A stretch of DNA of 64,000 nt, from assembly GCA_964653665.1 (NCBI GenBank), contig CAZZGE010000002.1:2047-66046 (forward strand), written 5' to 3'. The notes below the pieces were generated by a model that had not been told where the DNA came from, did no database searches, and saw only the letters and a list, made by a program, of their open reading frames with translations. Made by a program: the position numbers and the translations under genes. The stretch comes from an uncultured Porifericola sp. (GTDB lineage Bacteria > Bacteroidota > Bacteroidia > Cytophagales > Cyclobacteriaceae). Below, one piece after another: positions 29,670-40,334 of this stretch; position 1 is the stretch's first letter; every line of letters begins with the position of its first letter.

Positions 29670-30481
29670 TATTTAGATGTAATGTTCTCTCCATTGCGTA
29701 CCCACGATGGCTTACGCTTCTCGAGAAATGCCGACATACCTTCCTGGCCCTCTTCTGAGGCCCGCGCGTCCGCGATCATACGTGCGGTATAATCAATAGT
29801 ATCGTTAAAGTTGCGGTGTTTGGTGATGTTAAAAATAAGCTCTTTGGTACTGGCCATAGCCTGGGGGGAACTGCTCTTGAATTCGTTGGTAAGCTGAATT
29901 AGTTCATCTTCTAGGTTTTCACTATTTGCGATGTGATTGATAAGCCCCTTGTTGTATGCTTCCTTACATTTGAAGCGGCGACCGGTTAACATCAACTCAC
30001 GGGCGTTAAATTCGCCTGTCCGCTTAATGACGTAAGGTGATATGGTAGCGGGGACAATGCCTAATTTGACTTCGCTGAAAGAAAAAATGGTGTTCTGGCT
30101 GCAGTAAGCAATGTCACAGGCCGCCAGCAGGCCGTTACCTCCGCCAAAAGAAGCGCCGTGCGCAATAGCTACGGTAGGCTTACGAAAAGTATAGAGCATG
30201 TAGAATAACTGAGCCAGTCGAATATTTTCCTGGTAGTCTTCTTCGTAGGTGAGCTTAGAAAAACTTTTCATCCAGTTGATATCGGCTCCTGCACAAAAGA
30301 TTTTACCCCGGCCCCGGATGATAAGGGCCAGTACATTTTCGTCATGTTCAATTGACTCTACGCATTCTATAATTTCTGCGATCATGGTTTTATTGAAGGC
30401 ATTTCTCACATCTGGACGATTCAGCCAAAGGGTGGTAATACCATCATTTTTCTCTAGTTCAATAGTTTCGTATCTGTCCAT
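29669..30481 (-). CDS. Enoyl-CoA hydratase family, probably methylglutaconyl-CoA hydratase
   Basis: LNRPDVRNAF, FCAGAD, GGGNGL, SEVKLGIVPATISPYV. Confidence 0.88.
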   Translation of the reverse strand: MDRYETIELEKNDGITTLWLNRPDVRNAFNKTMIAEIIECVESIEHDENVLALIIRGRGKIFCAGADINWMKSFSKLTYEEDYQENIRLAQLFYMLYTFRKPTVAIAHGASFGGGNGLLAACDIAYCSQNTIFSFSEVKLGIVPATISPYVIKRTGEFNARELMLTGRRFKCKEAYNKGLINHIANSENLEDELIQLTNEFKSSSPQAMASTKELIFNITKHRNFNDTIDYTARMIADARASEEGQEGMSAFLEKRKPSWVRNGENITSK

Positions 30482-30507
30482 CTATCATCGGTTAGTGGTT
30501 CGTGAAT

Positions 30508-32115
30508 TTACATTCTGAAAACACCAAACCGGGTGTCTTCATATTTTTTATTCAAAGAAACAGCGATTCCTATTGCCAATACCTTACGGGTATCCAATGG
30601 GTCTATGATGCCATCATCCCACAGACGGGCGGTGCTGTAGTAGGGGGAACCTTCTTTTTCGTATTTGTCGATAATTTCTTCTCGTAACTGGCTCATTTCT
30701 TCCTCCGATACTGTCTGATCTTTAGCTTTTAACTGCGCTTCTTTTACAGTAATCAGCACATTGGCCGCCTGTTCACCCCCCATTACGGAGATGCGAGCAT
30801 TAGGCCACATCATCAGAAGGCGGGGATCGTAAGCTCTGCCGGCCATGGCATAGTTACCGGCTCCAAATGATCCCCCAAAGACGATCGTAAACTTGGGTAC
30901 GTTAGCGTTGGCCACCGCGTGGACCATTTTAGAGCCGTCCCGGGCAATACCACTTCTTTCGTACTCTTTGCCAACCATAAAGCCGGTGATGTTCTGTAAA
31001 AACACGAGCGGTATCTGACGGTGACAACAGAGTTCTACAAAGTGCGCTCCCTTAAGCGAACTGTCAGAGAAAAGTATCCCATTATTAGCAATGATTCCTA
31101 CCGGATAGCCGTGGACGTAAGCAAAGCCCGTAACGAGTGTAGTCCCATATTTGGCTTTGAACTCATGAAAACGACTGCCGTCTATCATCCGCATGATCAC
31201 TTCCCGTACATCTACCGGTTTTTTGAAATTAAGTGGTGCTATACCGTACAGTTCCTGTGGATCATAGTAGGGATGTTCGCTGGCTTGTCGCTCCAGATGT
31301 TGTTGTCTGGATTTAGGCAGCGTCTCAAAAATATTTCGGCAAATTTGCAAAGCGTGCACATCATTTTCAGCCATATGATCGGCCACTCCCGAGATACTGG
31401 TATGCACTTCGGCGCCGCCCAGCTCTTCTGGGCTTACCTCTTCGCCGGTGGCGGCTTTGACCAGGGGAGGACCTCCCAGAAAGATATGCCCCTGGTTCCG
31501 CACAATGATCACTTCGTCGCACATGGCGGGAACGTATGCGCCGCCCGCAGTACTGGAACCCATGACTACTGCAACCTGGGGAATACCGGCTGCTGACAGA
31601 CGTGCCTGATTATAGAAAAAGCGTCCAAAGTCAAAACGGTCAGGAAATACATTGGCCTGGTCGGGTAGAAAGACACCGCCTGAGTCTACCAGGTAGACAC
31701 AAGGAAGGTGATTTTCCATGGCAATCTCCTGTGCGCGAATATGTTTTTTGATGGATTCTTGGATATAGGTGCCTCCTTTTACTGTCGCATCATTGGCAGA
31801 AATGATCGCTTCGCGTCCATGAATGACACCGATCCCTGCGACGACGCCGGCTGATGGAAACTGATTGTCATACAAGCCGTAGGCCGCCATGGGTGACAAT
31901 TCCAGAAACGGAGTATCGGGATCCAACAGTAAGTTGATGCGTTCGCGGGCAAGCAGTTTTCCTCTCTTAGTGTGTTTGAGCCTGGCCTGCTTGCTACCAT
32001 GTTGACTGGTGAAACGCAAAATCTTCCGATGCTTATCCACTATTTGCAGGTATGCCTTCTTGTGGTCTATGAATGCCTGGCTGGAGGTGTCAATTTTACT
32101 TTCTAGTCTGTACAA
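30508..32115 (-). CDS. Carboxyltransferase subunit of 3-methylcrotonyl-CoA carboxylase
   Basis: [43 protein letters not shown]. Confidence 0.92.
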   Translation of the reverse strand: MYRLESKIDTSSQAFIDHKKAYLQIVDKHRKILRFTSQHGSKQARLKHTKRGKLLARERINLLLDPDTPFLELSPMAAYGLYDNQFPSAGVVAGIGVIHGREAIISANDATVKGGTYIQESIKKHIRAQEIAMENHLPCVYLVDSGGVFLPDQANVFPDRFDFGRFFYNQARLSAAGIPQVAVVMGSSTAGGAYVPAMCDEVIIVRNQGHIFLGGPPLVKAATGEEVSPEELGGAEVHTSISGVADHMAENDVHALQICRNIFETLPKSRQQHLERQASEHPYYDPQELYGIAPLNFKKPVDVREVIMRMIDGSRFHEFKAKYGTTLVTGFAYVHGYPVGIIANNGILFSDSSLKGAHFVELCCHRQIPLVFLQNITGFMVGKEYERSGIARDGSKMVHAVANANVPKFTIVFGGSFGAGNYAMAGRAYDPRLLMMWPNARISVMGGEQAANVLITVKEAQLKAKDQTVSEEEMSQLREEIIDKYEKEGSPYYSTARLWDDGIIDPLDTRKVLAIGIAVSLNKKYEDTRFGVFRM

Positions 32116-32284
32116 TGCAGAATTAATTATTGCTGATTCAGTTCGGTGTTTAAAAAAGGTAATTTTGGATTGATCAATTATCGTGCTTTTGAAAATACTA
32201 ATTTTAGCATATTATTAAAATCCGGAGATTTCATTAAAATCAACGGAAAAATTAGCAGAAACTTGTGAAGAGAAATGGGAAAAA

Positions 32285-35200
32285 TTACTGCTTGAGCAAC
32301 TGCTGCGTTGTGTTGATACTGTTACTCAGCACCCTGAAAATGTACATGCCACTGGGTAGTGAGAGTAAGTCAAAGCGGTAGGTCTGGTTGAGGGTAAAAG
32401 GAAATAGTTTATCGCTCAGCAATCGTCCCTGACTGTCCATCATTTGTATCCTTACGTCCTCTCGCTCTCGTAAGTTGAAGGCCATCTTCAGATAGCCGTC
32501 TCCCCCTATGGATACAGATGGGTTAAATGGATTAGGAAAAACCCGATATGCATTTTCGTTAAGATTACGGGAGACCGGCTGGTCATTGGCCGATGTGTAA
32601 AACTCTATGTCATCCAGGTACAAGTTGTTGCCGTAAGCATTGACCACTTCAAAAGCCACTCTGACTTCTGGCTCCCCGGCAAATTGCGATAAGTTGACAA
32701 ACTCCTGACGCCAGTCTTCCGCTGACTGGGGCTCCCAGGCTTCATTAAACGGTATTATGGCCAGATCAGCCCCAGATCTTTCGTATACAGTCTCGTAAGT
32801 ACTTCCACAGTCGGTAGATACCTTGAGCCGCAAAGTATCAGCATACGATGTGCTGAGCAACGCATAAGATACTTTAAAAAATACACTGGCTTCCTGTGTA
32901 ACACTCATATCTAGTATCGGACTGACCAGCATGTCAGACGCTCCCAAACTTTGATAATCATACAGATTGATGTAGGCTGATGTGTTATTAAATCTTATGC
33001 CACTGGCCGGTACAGATTCCCAGGTAGTTGCACCATCGGGATTAATGACCAGCCAGTCCTGTTGGTCATTAGGCTCAGTTCCGCTCAGCACATCAGCAAG
33101 TTGGCTGCTGGAATTAAACTCCTGCACCAGGGGGATCACGTCCTGCTGTTCGTCAATGTAAAAATGAATTATTCTGAAATTATCTGAAGGATCCTGGTCG
33201 ACTCCCAGGTTTGGTTGCGTAATACTGACATTCAGGGTATGTCTACCGGGAGAAAGGCTAACCGGCTCAAAGCTCAAAAGCTCACTTTCTTCGTTTAGCA
33301 AAGGAAAATCCCGGTTGGTGAAGGTAGTCGGTGATTGGTTATCAAACTGGTAGCTTACTTCAAACGAACTGACAGTATTGGTGCCCTCATTTCTTATCCT
33401 GATGGAGGGCGTAATGCTGCCGGGGCAACTGAGGTTATTGGGCGAAACAACCTCTTCCAAGGCAATGTCCAGCGTGTTGATTTCGTCTATACTTATTTCA
33501 ATGTCATCCAGGTAAAGGTTATTGCCCCAGTCATTTTCTCCGATAAGGACCAGTACTACGTTAGGATTACCCAGATAGTCGTCAAGTGAGAATTCTAACT
33601 GTTGCCATTCAGCCCGACTTTCAGGCACAAACGGTGCGTTGGATGCTTCGGCAGTGGCCAGGTTTGCGCCAGCGGCATCAAAAAGCGTTTCTTCAATGGT
33701 GGCCCCACAGTCTGTAGAAATACCAATGATAAAACGATCCTCACTCAGGTCATTACCTTCTGTGTAGGGAGCATAAGCGTAGCGAAGCCTCAGACTTGCT
33801 TTCCGTACATTACTAAGGTCGTACACCGGTGTATAAAGTAGATCCCGGGCTCCCAACCCATTTTCGTAATCATAAAAATTGAGGTGTAGCGCCTGGTTAT
33901 CCAGCCCATCAAAGCCGGGAGCATTGGTTAAACTCCAGCCGATCAGCTGATCAGGATTCTGTATAATACCCTGGTTGATAAGGGATCTATCAGTGAGGGC
34001 TTCAAAATTTTCACGAATAGGGAGCTCTCCTCGTTCAGGAATAATAAAATTACGCTGCCTGAAGTTGTTACTGGTATTATCATCGTTGTTCCCGTTAACC
34101 TGGGTAACCTGAAAGCTGATATCCAGGGCATTATTGGTAACACTGCTGGGTGTAAGCTCCAGGGTTGGGAATGAAATACTCGTTTCTTCTCCGGTCGGCA
34201 GGCTGACATCAGCTACCAGCTCTTCCACAAAATTACCCTGCAAAAAAAGGCTAACACTGACCGAATTGATGGTATTCGTACCACTGTTGGTCAGGCTGAT
34301 GGTAGGGGTCACAAGATTGCTGCAGGTACTTTCCTGAGGCTCAATAATCCGGCTTATATTTGCATCATTTTCTATCATCATGGGTTCCGTTAGGCCGGGT
34401 GAGTTCAACAGAGAAGCACGTCGTGGACTATTCTCCAGCACAATGCGCATACGTTCTTTCTGCTCCATGGTAAACAGATTCATACAGGCATCTGTGGTGT
34501 AGTCCATGTAGTTTTGAAACATATCGGGGCTACCACAGCTAAAAGGGTTTGCCGGACATCCTTGAGAGTCTGACTCCTGGGTAGGGGTGTCACTGACAAA
34601 GTCATCCACACTACAGTCACCATCACCCCAGATGTGCCTTAGGCCGAAGTAGTGTCCTACTTCATGGGTAGTCGTGCGCCCGCGACTGATGCCTGTGGCA
34701 TTGTTGGTGCTTCCAAAAAAGCGATAATCAATGACGATACCGTCAGTGGCCGGGTTAGTGTTAGCCCTCTCTAATCCGGGTAGGTCGGATACCGGAAACT
34801 GGGCGTACCCCAGCAGCCCGTTGTTGAGAGGGGCTACCCAAATGTTAAAGTAATCTTGAGGTGGCCACTGACTAAGGTTACTCAGTGTGTTGCCATCATT
34901 AATGCCGTAGCGCTCGTCGGAACCCTCTGTTCGGGTAACTCCGTTGGTGGCAAAGCCGTCGGGCGACTGCCGTGCGAGCACAAATTCAATACGAACATCT
35001 GCTGCCACGTCCTGAAAAATGGGAAGTGTTTGATCACGGTCAGGATTCAGTCTGCGAAAGTCTTCGTTAAGGATTCTGATCTGATCTTCTACCTGTGAGA
35101 ACGGGATGTTACTGTCATCCCCAACAGATTCGCCGCGGTGGATGATATGAACCACTACTGGTACGCTGAGTACAGATTCTGTTTGATCTGTGCTTTGTGA

Positions 35201-35446
35201 TCCTAAACTACGCTGCCGTATTTCCTGCTTCTTGGCCAGCATCCACGATTCAAAGCGGCTTTGAATCTGCTCCGCACTGTACCCTTTTTGCTGGTACTGT
35301 TGCAGGTTAAAATGGACTGTACCGCAACGCTCATGATCGTGAGCTTGCTGTCCATAAATTGGCTGCAGAAATAATAAGAATAAAAAAAACAGGGGTACGA
35401 CGCCTTGCTCCACATGTTTTGCCAACGGATAGAAATGAAAAGACAT
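32285..35446 (-). CDS. M43 (pappalysin/ulilysin-like) zinc metalloprotease with repeated beta-sandwich domains and a T9SS type A CTD
   Basis: RCGT pro-segment, HEVGHYFGLRH, Met-turn NYMDY, GNNLYLDDIE twice, VFPNPF...GMYIFRV. Confidence 0.9.
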   Translation of the reverse strand: MSFHFYPLAKHVEQGVVPLFFLFLLFLQPIYGQQAHDHERCGTVHFNLQQYQQKGYSAEQIQSRFESWMLAKKQEIRQRSLGSQSTDQTESVLSVPVVVHIIHRGESVGDDSNIPFSQVEDQIRILNEDFRRLNPDRDQTLPIFQDVAADVRIEFVLARQSPDGFATNGVTRTEGSDERYGINDGNTLSNLSQWPPQDYFNIWVAPLNNGLLGYAQFPVSDLPGLERANTNPATDGIVIDYRFFGSTNNATGISRGRTTTHEVGHYFGLRHIWGDGDCSVDDFVSDTPTQESDSQGCPANPFSCGSPDMFQNYMDYTTDACMNLFTMEQKERMRIVLENSPRRASLLNSPGLTEPMMIENDANISRIIEPQESTCSNLVTPTISLTNSGTNTINSVSVSLFLQGNFVEELVADVSLPTGEETSISFPTLELTPSSVTNNALDISFQVTQVNGNNDDNTSNNFRQRNFIIPERGELPIRENFEALTDRSLINQGIIQNPDQLIGWSLTNAPGFDGLDNQALHLNFYDYENGLGARDLLYTPVYDLSNVRKASLRLRYAYAPYTEGNDLSEDRFIIGISTDCGATIEETLFDAAGANLATAEASNAPFVPESRAEWQQLEFSLDDYLGNPNVVLVLIGENDWGNNLYLDDIEISIDEINTLDIALEEVVSPNNLSCPGSITPSIRIRNEGTNTVSSFEVSYQFDNQSPTTFTNRDFPLLNEESELLSFEPVSLSPGRHTLNVSITQPNLGVDQDPSDNFRIIHFYIDEQQDVIPLVQEFNSSSQLADVLSGTEPNDQQDWLVINPDGATTWESVPASGIRFNNTSAYINLYDYQSLGASDMLVSPILDMSVTQEASVFFKVSYALLSTSYADTLRLKVSTDCGSTYETVYERSGADLAIIPFNEAWEPQSAEDWRQEFVNLSQFAGEPEVRVAFEVVNAYGNNLYLDDIEFYTSANDQPVSRNLNENAYRVFPNPFNPSVSIGGDGYLKMAFNLREREDVRIQMMDSQGRLLSDKLFPFTLNQTYRFDLLSLPSGMYIFRVLSNSINTTQQLLKQ

Positions 35447-35532
35447 GGTTAGCGATCAACCTGCAATAGGCTGGCGATCATAAAAAATATTTTGGGTAAA
35501 ATAAGAATGTCTTAAAAGGATAACGCAGCTTC

Positions 35533-35823
35533 TCAAGCCATATTGTTGGGTAATTTGGCACGAGGGTCATAGGGGCTTGTAAGGTTGGTAGCCCGTACGT
35601 CACTAATTTCAGGCACTTGCCGCTTTATAGCCTCTTCTATCCCAGCCTTCATAGTCATTACCGACATCGGACAAGTACCGCAAGCTCCCAATAGCTCGAG
35701 GCTTACGACCATATCTTCATTGACTTCAATGACTTTTACATCACCACCGTCAGTTTCCAGATAAGGCCGGATTTCGTCCAGTGCTTTTTCTACCCGCTCT
35801 AAGATTGTCTCTTTTGGTTCCAT
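35533..35823 (-). CDS. NifU/NfuA family Fe-S carrier
   Basis: IRPYLETDGGD, GACGTCPMS. Confidence 0.92.
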   Translation of the reverse strand: MEPKETILERVEKALDEIRPYLETDGGDVKVIEVNEDMVVSLELLGACGTCPMSVMTMKAGIEEAIKRQVPEISDVRATNLTSPYDPRAKLPNNMA

Positions 35824-35834
35824 GTTGAGGCTTG

Positions 35835-36947
35835 TTATTCGTTGATTTCTACTTTTTTGGTTCTGACAAAATTTGCATTCCGAATCGCTACTTGCCGGGC
35901 CAGTTCCTGCGCCAGATTTTCAAAGGCCTGCCTTTCCGGGCTTGGATCATCACCTTCCACGGTATTCATGACTGCCGGATAGCCGCGGTCTCCACTTTCA
36001 CGGATACTCTGCACGAGGGGGACCTCTCCTAAGAAGGGTATTTCTGCCTTTTCTGCAAGATTTCTACCTCCAGCCTGACCGAAAATATAGTACCTGTTGT
36101 CGGGTAATTCAGCAGGTGTAAAATAAGCCATATTCTCAACAATACCCAACACCGGGACATTGATCTGCTTTTGCTTAAACATAGCCAGTCCCTTGCGGGC
36201 GTCTGCCAGCGCTACTTTTTGTGGCGTCGTAACTACCACCGCCCCGGTCACGGGAACAGATTGTACCAGTGTCAAGTGGATATCGCTGGTACCGGGCGGC
36301 AGGTCAATGATCAGGTAGTCCAGCTCGCCCCAGTCCACGTCGCTCAAAAACTGCTGTAATGCTTTGCTGGCCATGGGTCCTCTCCACACCACAGCTTCTT
36401 CTGCTGATACTAAAAAGCCGATAGAAATCAACTTAACGCCGTACTGCATAAGTGGAGAAATGATATTTTTGCCATCCACAGTTTTTACATCAGGCTGCTC
36501 ATACTCACAATTGAACATGGTGGGGACAGAAGGTCCGTAGATATCAGCGTCTACCAGCCCCACTTTGGCCCCGATGTTGGATAAAGCCACCGCCAGATTA
36601 GCCGCTACGGTAGACTTGCCTACGCCACCCTTACCGGAAGCCACCGCTATGATATTTTTTACCTTGGGCAGCAGAGGGGCGTTATTTCTGGTGGAAGTCA
36701 CTGAAGAACTCATGTTAATCTGAACCTGCAGCTCAGGAGATACCTGCTCATAAATTGCATCCAGGCAAGCTGTCTTTATCATCTCTTTGAGAGGGCAGGC
36801 TGGGGTAGTTAGTTCTACAGTAAAATAGACTTTGTTTCCGTCTAGCTTCAAGTCTTTGATCATATTCAGGGTGACCAGGTCCTGTTTGAGATCAGGGTCT
36901 TCTACGGTACTTAGGGCTTTGAGAATGTCTTCTTTCGCGATGGACAT
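35835..36947 (-). CDS. mrp: Mrp/ApbC (NBP35 family) Fe-S carrier ATPase
   Basis: TTPACP, SGKGGVGKST, DADIYGPS, WRGPM, DLPPGTSD. Confidence 0.93.
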   Translation of the reverse strand: MSIAKEDILKALSTVEDPDLKQDLVTLNMIKDLKLDGNKVYFTVELTTPACPLKEMIKTACLDAIYEQVSPELQVQINMSSSVTSTRNNAPLLPKVKNIIAVASGKGGVGKSTVAANLAVALSNIGAKVGLVDADIYGPSVPTMFNCEYEQPDVKTVDGKNIISPLMQYGVKLISIGFLVSAEEAVVWRGPMASKALQQFLSDVDWGELDYLIIDLPPGTSDIHLTLVQSVPVTGAVVVTTPQKVALADARKGLAMFKQKQINVPVLGIVENMAYFTPAELPDNRYYIFGQAGGRNLAEKAEIPFLGEVPLVQSIRESGDRGYPAVMNTVEGDDPSPERQAFENLAQELARQVAIRNANFVRTKKVEINE

Positions 36948-37089
36948 AGATAAGTTTTGTACTTAGAAATGATTTATTAAACTGACATTTACTTTTCAAC
37001 AACAAAGTCGCATTTTAGTTAGTGTTCGCAATCAGCGAAAACAAATACGTTTATTGCCACATACGGATTAAATCATTCTTAGTTGAGAC

Positions 37090-39042
37090 ATGATCAGAAA
37101 GGAAACCATAGATGAGATCAAAGCCCGGGTAGACATCCTGGATATCATTGGAGATTATGTCCAGCTCAAAAAGCAGGGCAGTAGCTATCGGGGCTTCAGT
37201 CCATTTAATAACGAGCGTACGCCTTCCTTCTACGTTGTACCATCAAAAGGTTTCTACAAAGACTTTAGTTCGGGTAAAGCCGGTGATGCTATCTCATTTC
37301 TGATGGACTCCGAGGGCATGAGCTACATTGAAGCCATCAAGCATTTGGGGCAGCGCTACGGCATAGAGGTGGAAGAAGAAGAAATGACCGATGAGCAGAT
37401 GGAAGCTCAAAGTGAGCGCGACAGTCTGTACATCGTTATGAAGTATGCTTCTGAGTATTTTCAGAAAATGCTCTGGGAAAACGACGAGGGCAAAGCTATC
37501 GGGCTATCTTACTTTAAAGAAAGAGGCTTTTCGGAAGAAACGATCAAAGCCTTTGACCTGGGCTACAGTCTGGACGAGTGGGACAGTCTGCTCAAAACAG
37601 CTACTCAGGTAGGGCATAAACAGGAAATGCTGGAAAAAGCCGGCCTGATCGTAAGCCGGGAGCGTAAGGATGGTACCCGCCACTACGACCGTTTTCGGGG
37701 TCGGGTTATGTTTCCTATCCACAACCTGAGTGGTCGCGTAATCGCTTTCGGGGCCAGGCTACTTAAAACCAATCCCGAGGTTTCACAACCAAAATATCTC
37801 AATTCGCCGGAGACACCCATCTATCATAAAAGTGATGTGCTCTACGGCATTTACCAGGCCAAGCAACAAATCCGTCAGGACGACAACTGCTACCTGGTAG
37901 AAGGTTACACGGATGTGATCTCCCTTTACCAGGCAGGAATTCAGAATGCAGTGGCTTCCTCCGGCACTTCCCTCACGACTGAGCAGATCAAGCTGATTGC
38001 TCGCTACACCAAAAATGTGACGGTGCTGTTTGACGGAGACCCGGCCGGACTGAAAGCGTCCTTCCGGGGAATTGACATGATCCTGGAAGGGGGACTCAAC
38101 GTAAAGGCAGTGGTACTTCCTGAGGGAGAAGACCCTGACAGTTACGTGCGCAAACTGGGAGGCAGTCAATTCAAAAATTATCTTGACGAAAAGGAGCAGG
38201 ATTTTATATCCTTCAAAACGGCTGTATTTAAGGAAGAAACCGAGAAAGACCCCATCCGCAGGGCCGAGGTGATCCGCGAGATCGTCCATAGCATCTCCAA
38301 AATCCCTGATCCTATCCAGCGGCAGGTATACGTTAAAGAAACCAGCGTCAAGCTGGATATGGATGAGTCTACGCTCTATGCTGAACTGAACAAAATTTAC
38401 CTGAAACAGCAGCGTGATGCTTCGCGCAAAGAATATTTTCAGGAAAGAGAAGTATCACAATGGGATAATTTAGAATCGCAGTCTTCCGAAGAACCTTTAC
38501 TGGAGGAGCCAACCAGGGTGGGCATAGAAGAAGCGCTGCAAAGCAAGGAGAAGGAGTTACTGCGTGTATTACTGCTCTATGGTCATCATTCGGTAGAGGA
38601 AAATTATCTGGTCTGTGACTATATTCGGGAAGAACTGGACGACATCAGCCTGCGTGACAGTGATTTCAAAAAAATTTTTGATACCTATTTTGAGCATGTA
38701 AGCCATCAGAAAAGCCTCATTGAAAAATTTATGATTGAACAGACTGAGCCGGAGGTTTCTAAGAGGGTTATTGACCTCGTCATGGAAAACCACATGGTGA
38801 GCCCTGGCTGGGAAGAACGGCTGGTGTACGTACCCAAAAAAGACGAACGCATCCAGCATGTGATCACCCGTAGTATTGACCAACTTAAATTTGATGTGGT
38901 CAAAGACATAATAGAACAGAAGCGGCAGGAACTCAAGCAAACTGGCGATGAAAATGACCAGATTATTCTGATGACTGAGATTCAGCACCTAATCAAAGTC
39001 AAGCGTACAATTGCCGAGAAGTACGGTATCGTGATTTCCTGA
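37090..39042 (+). CDS. dnaG: DNA primase
   Basis: DRFRGRVMFPI, KYLNSPET, VEGYTDVI, TOPRIM FDGDPAG, DPDS. Confidence 0.97.
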   Translation: MIRKETIDEIKARVDILDIIGDYVQLKKQGSSYRGFSPFNNERTPSFYVVPSKGFYKDFSSGKAGDAISFLMDSEGMSYIEAIKHLGQRYGIEVEEEEMTDEQMEAQSERDSLYIVMKYASEYFQKMLWENDEGKAIGLSYFKERGFSEETIKAFDLGYSLDEWDSLLKTATQVGHKQEMLEKAGLIVSRERKDGTRHYDRFRGRVMFPIHNLSGRVIAFGARLLKTNPEVSQPKYLNSPETPIYHKSDVLYGIYQAKQQIRQDDNCYLVEGYTDVISLYQAGIQNAVASSGTSLTTEQIKLIARYTKNVTVLFDGDPAGLKASFRGIDMILEGGLNVKAVVLPEGEDPDSYVRKLGGSQFKNYLDEKEQDFISFKTAVFKEETEKDPIRRAEVIREIVHSISKIPDPIQRQVYVKETSVKLDMDESTLYAELNKIYLKQQRDASRKEYFQEREVSQWDNLESQSSEEPLLEEPTRVGIEEALQSKEKELLRVLLLYGHHSVEENYLVCDYIREELDDISLRDSDFKKIFDTYFEHVSHQKSLIEKFMIEQTEPEVSKRVIDLVMENHMVSPGWEERLVYVPKKDERIQHVITRSIDQLKFDVVKDIIEQKRQELKQTGDENDQIILMTEIQHLIKVKRTIAEKYGIVIS

Positions 39043-39152
39043 TCGGCACTTCCTGCGAATGAAAGGCAGCTTGAACAATGCAAGGATCCTGTACCTTCTG
39101 TTAAAAAAAGTTAATAAGCCCTCTCTCAGAGCTTTCTAGCTGATCACACTCA

Positions 39153-39672
39153 ATGAAAACTCACCTTTATTTACAATGCCAAAACGCGGGTGCCTTTTTT
39201 AGAGTTTAGCCTCTTTTTATCAGGCATTGCACCAGGGTAGCGAACGGGGCAGCATGTAAATTCTATTTTCTTTATTTTCAGCAGTCCCTGGAACCTGTAC
39301 GATCCACTGGAAGTTCTTTATCACCTTAATGACCTACCCAAGAGACTGATACTCTTCAGAGATATCGGGCTAACTAAAAATCGCATGATAAGAGGTAAGC
39401 ACGCTCAGCATAAACTGGAAAAAATCAGGCGGATTATGCCTTTTAATCTTGGAATGTCCTTCATACTCATCGGTGATAGCGGGCAGCATGATCGCGAAAT
39501 ATACCAAAAAGTAATTAAGGAGTTCTCGGGAAGATTAAAGGCTATTTATATACGCGTTGTGAACAATTACCGTCGTGGGGAAGCGGTACAACAGATAGCC
39601 AAAGCAGCGGAGTATCAGGATGTCGATTTTGTGATCAAATCACAAACCTGGGAAGCCCTGACTCATGCCTAA
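39153..39672 (+). pseudogene. Frameshifted remnant of an App1/DUF2183 phosphatidate phosphatase-like gene
   Basis: Fragments in different frames: NAKTRVPF, FYQALHQG, SSPWNLYD, FRDIG, LIGDSGQHDREIY, AIYIR; no N-terminal DxDxT segment found. Confidence 0.75.
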
Positions 39673-39834
39673 GCATCAAGTTGACTAAGCCCGGTAGTCA
39701 GCCACAGGTAGACCAATACCCTACCAAGAAAGCCTAAATCCAAAAAAAGTAGGGTAACTGTGTTTGACAAACGTTCGTTATTCTAGTCAAATCTTAGTTT
39801 TGTAATCAATAAATAGCCGAACTTATTAGAAATT

Positions 39835-40296
39835 ATGGAATTTTTTGAGTCAATCCGAAACAGTCAATTAGGTGAAGTCAAAAACATGGTAGAAACTGAT
39901 CCAAGTTTACTTCAACAGCAGGACCCCAAGGGTTTTACGCCGCTGATCCTGGCCTCTTACAGCGACCAATATGAGATCACCGAATACCTGCTGCAACAGG
40001 GTGCAGATGTTAACGGACATGATGCTGCTGGAAATACTGCCCTTATGGGAGTGTGCTTCAAGGGAAACACTAACATAGCGAAGCTACTGCTGACGTATGA
40101 TGCAGACGTAAATGTGCAGAATGCTCAGCGCGCAACGGCCCTGATCTACGCGGCTACCTTCGGACAACAGGAAATCGTACAAATGCTACTGGAGAAGGGG
40201 GCTGATAAAAGCATTACCGATAATAAGGGGCATACTGCAGAGTTTCACGCGCGGGTGCAGGGACTGGATGATTTGGCCAATCAACTAAAGGCATAA
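39835..40296 (+). CDS. Ankyrin repeat protein
   Basis: GFTPLILA, GNTALMG, ATALIYAA, GHTA repeats. Confidence 0.92.
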   Translation: MEFFESIRNSQLGEVKNMVETDPSLLQQQDPKGFTPLILASYSDQYEITEYLLQQGADVNGHDAAGNTALMGVCFKGNTNIAKLLLTYDADVNVQNAQRATALIYAATFGQQEIVQMLLEKGADKSITDNKGHTAEFHARVQGLDDLANQLKA

Positions 40297-40323
40297 AAAA
40301 ACCGGCAGTATCGGCTGCCGGTT
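40295..40323 (-). terminator. Intrinsic terminator between convergent genes
   Basis: AACCGGCAG/CTGCCGGTT perfect 9-bp stem with an A-run on the left. Confidence 0.8.
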
Positions 40324-40334
40324 ACATCTTAATC

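Noticed and set aside
39680..39802. Three short inverted repeats upstream of the ankyrin gene (GTTGACTA/TAGTCAGC, TACCCTAC/GTAGGGTA, TTTGAC/GTCAAA)
   Set aside because: Short stems with long loops, partly overlapping the pseudogene tail; no coherent structure or family can be supported.
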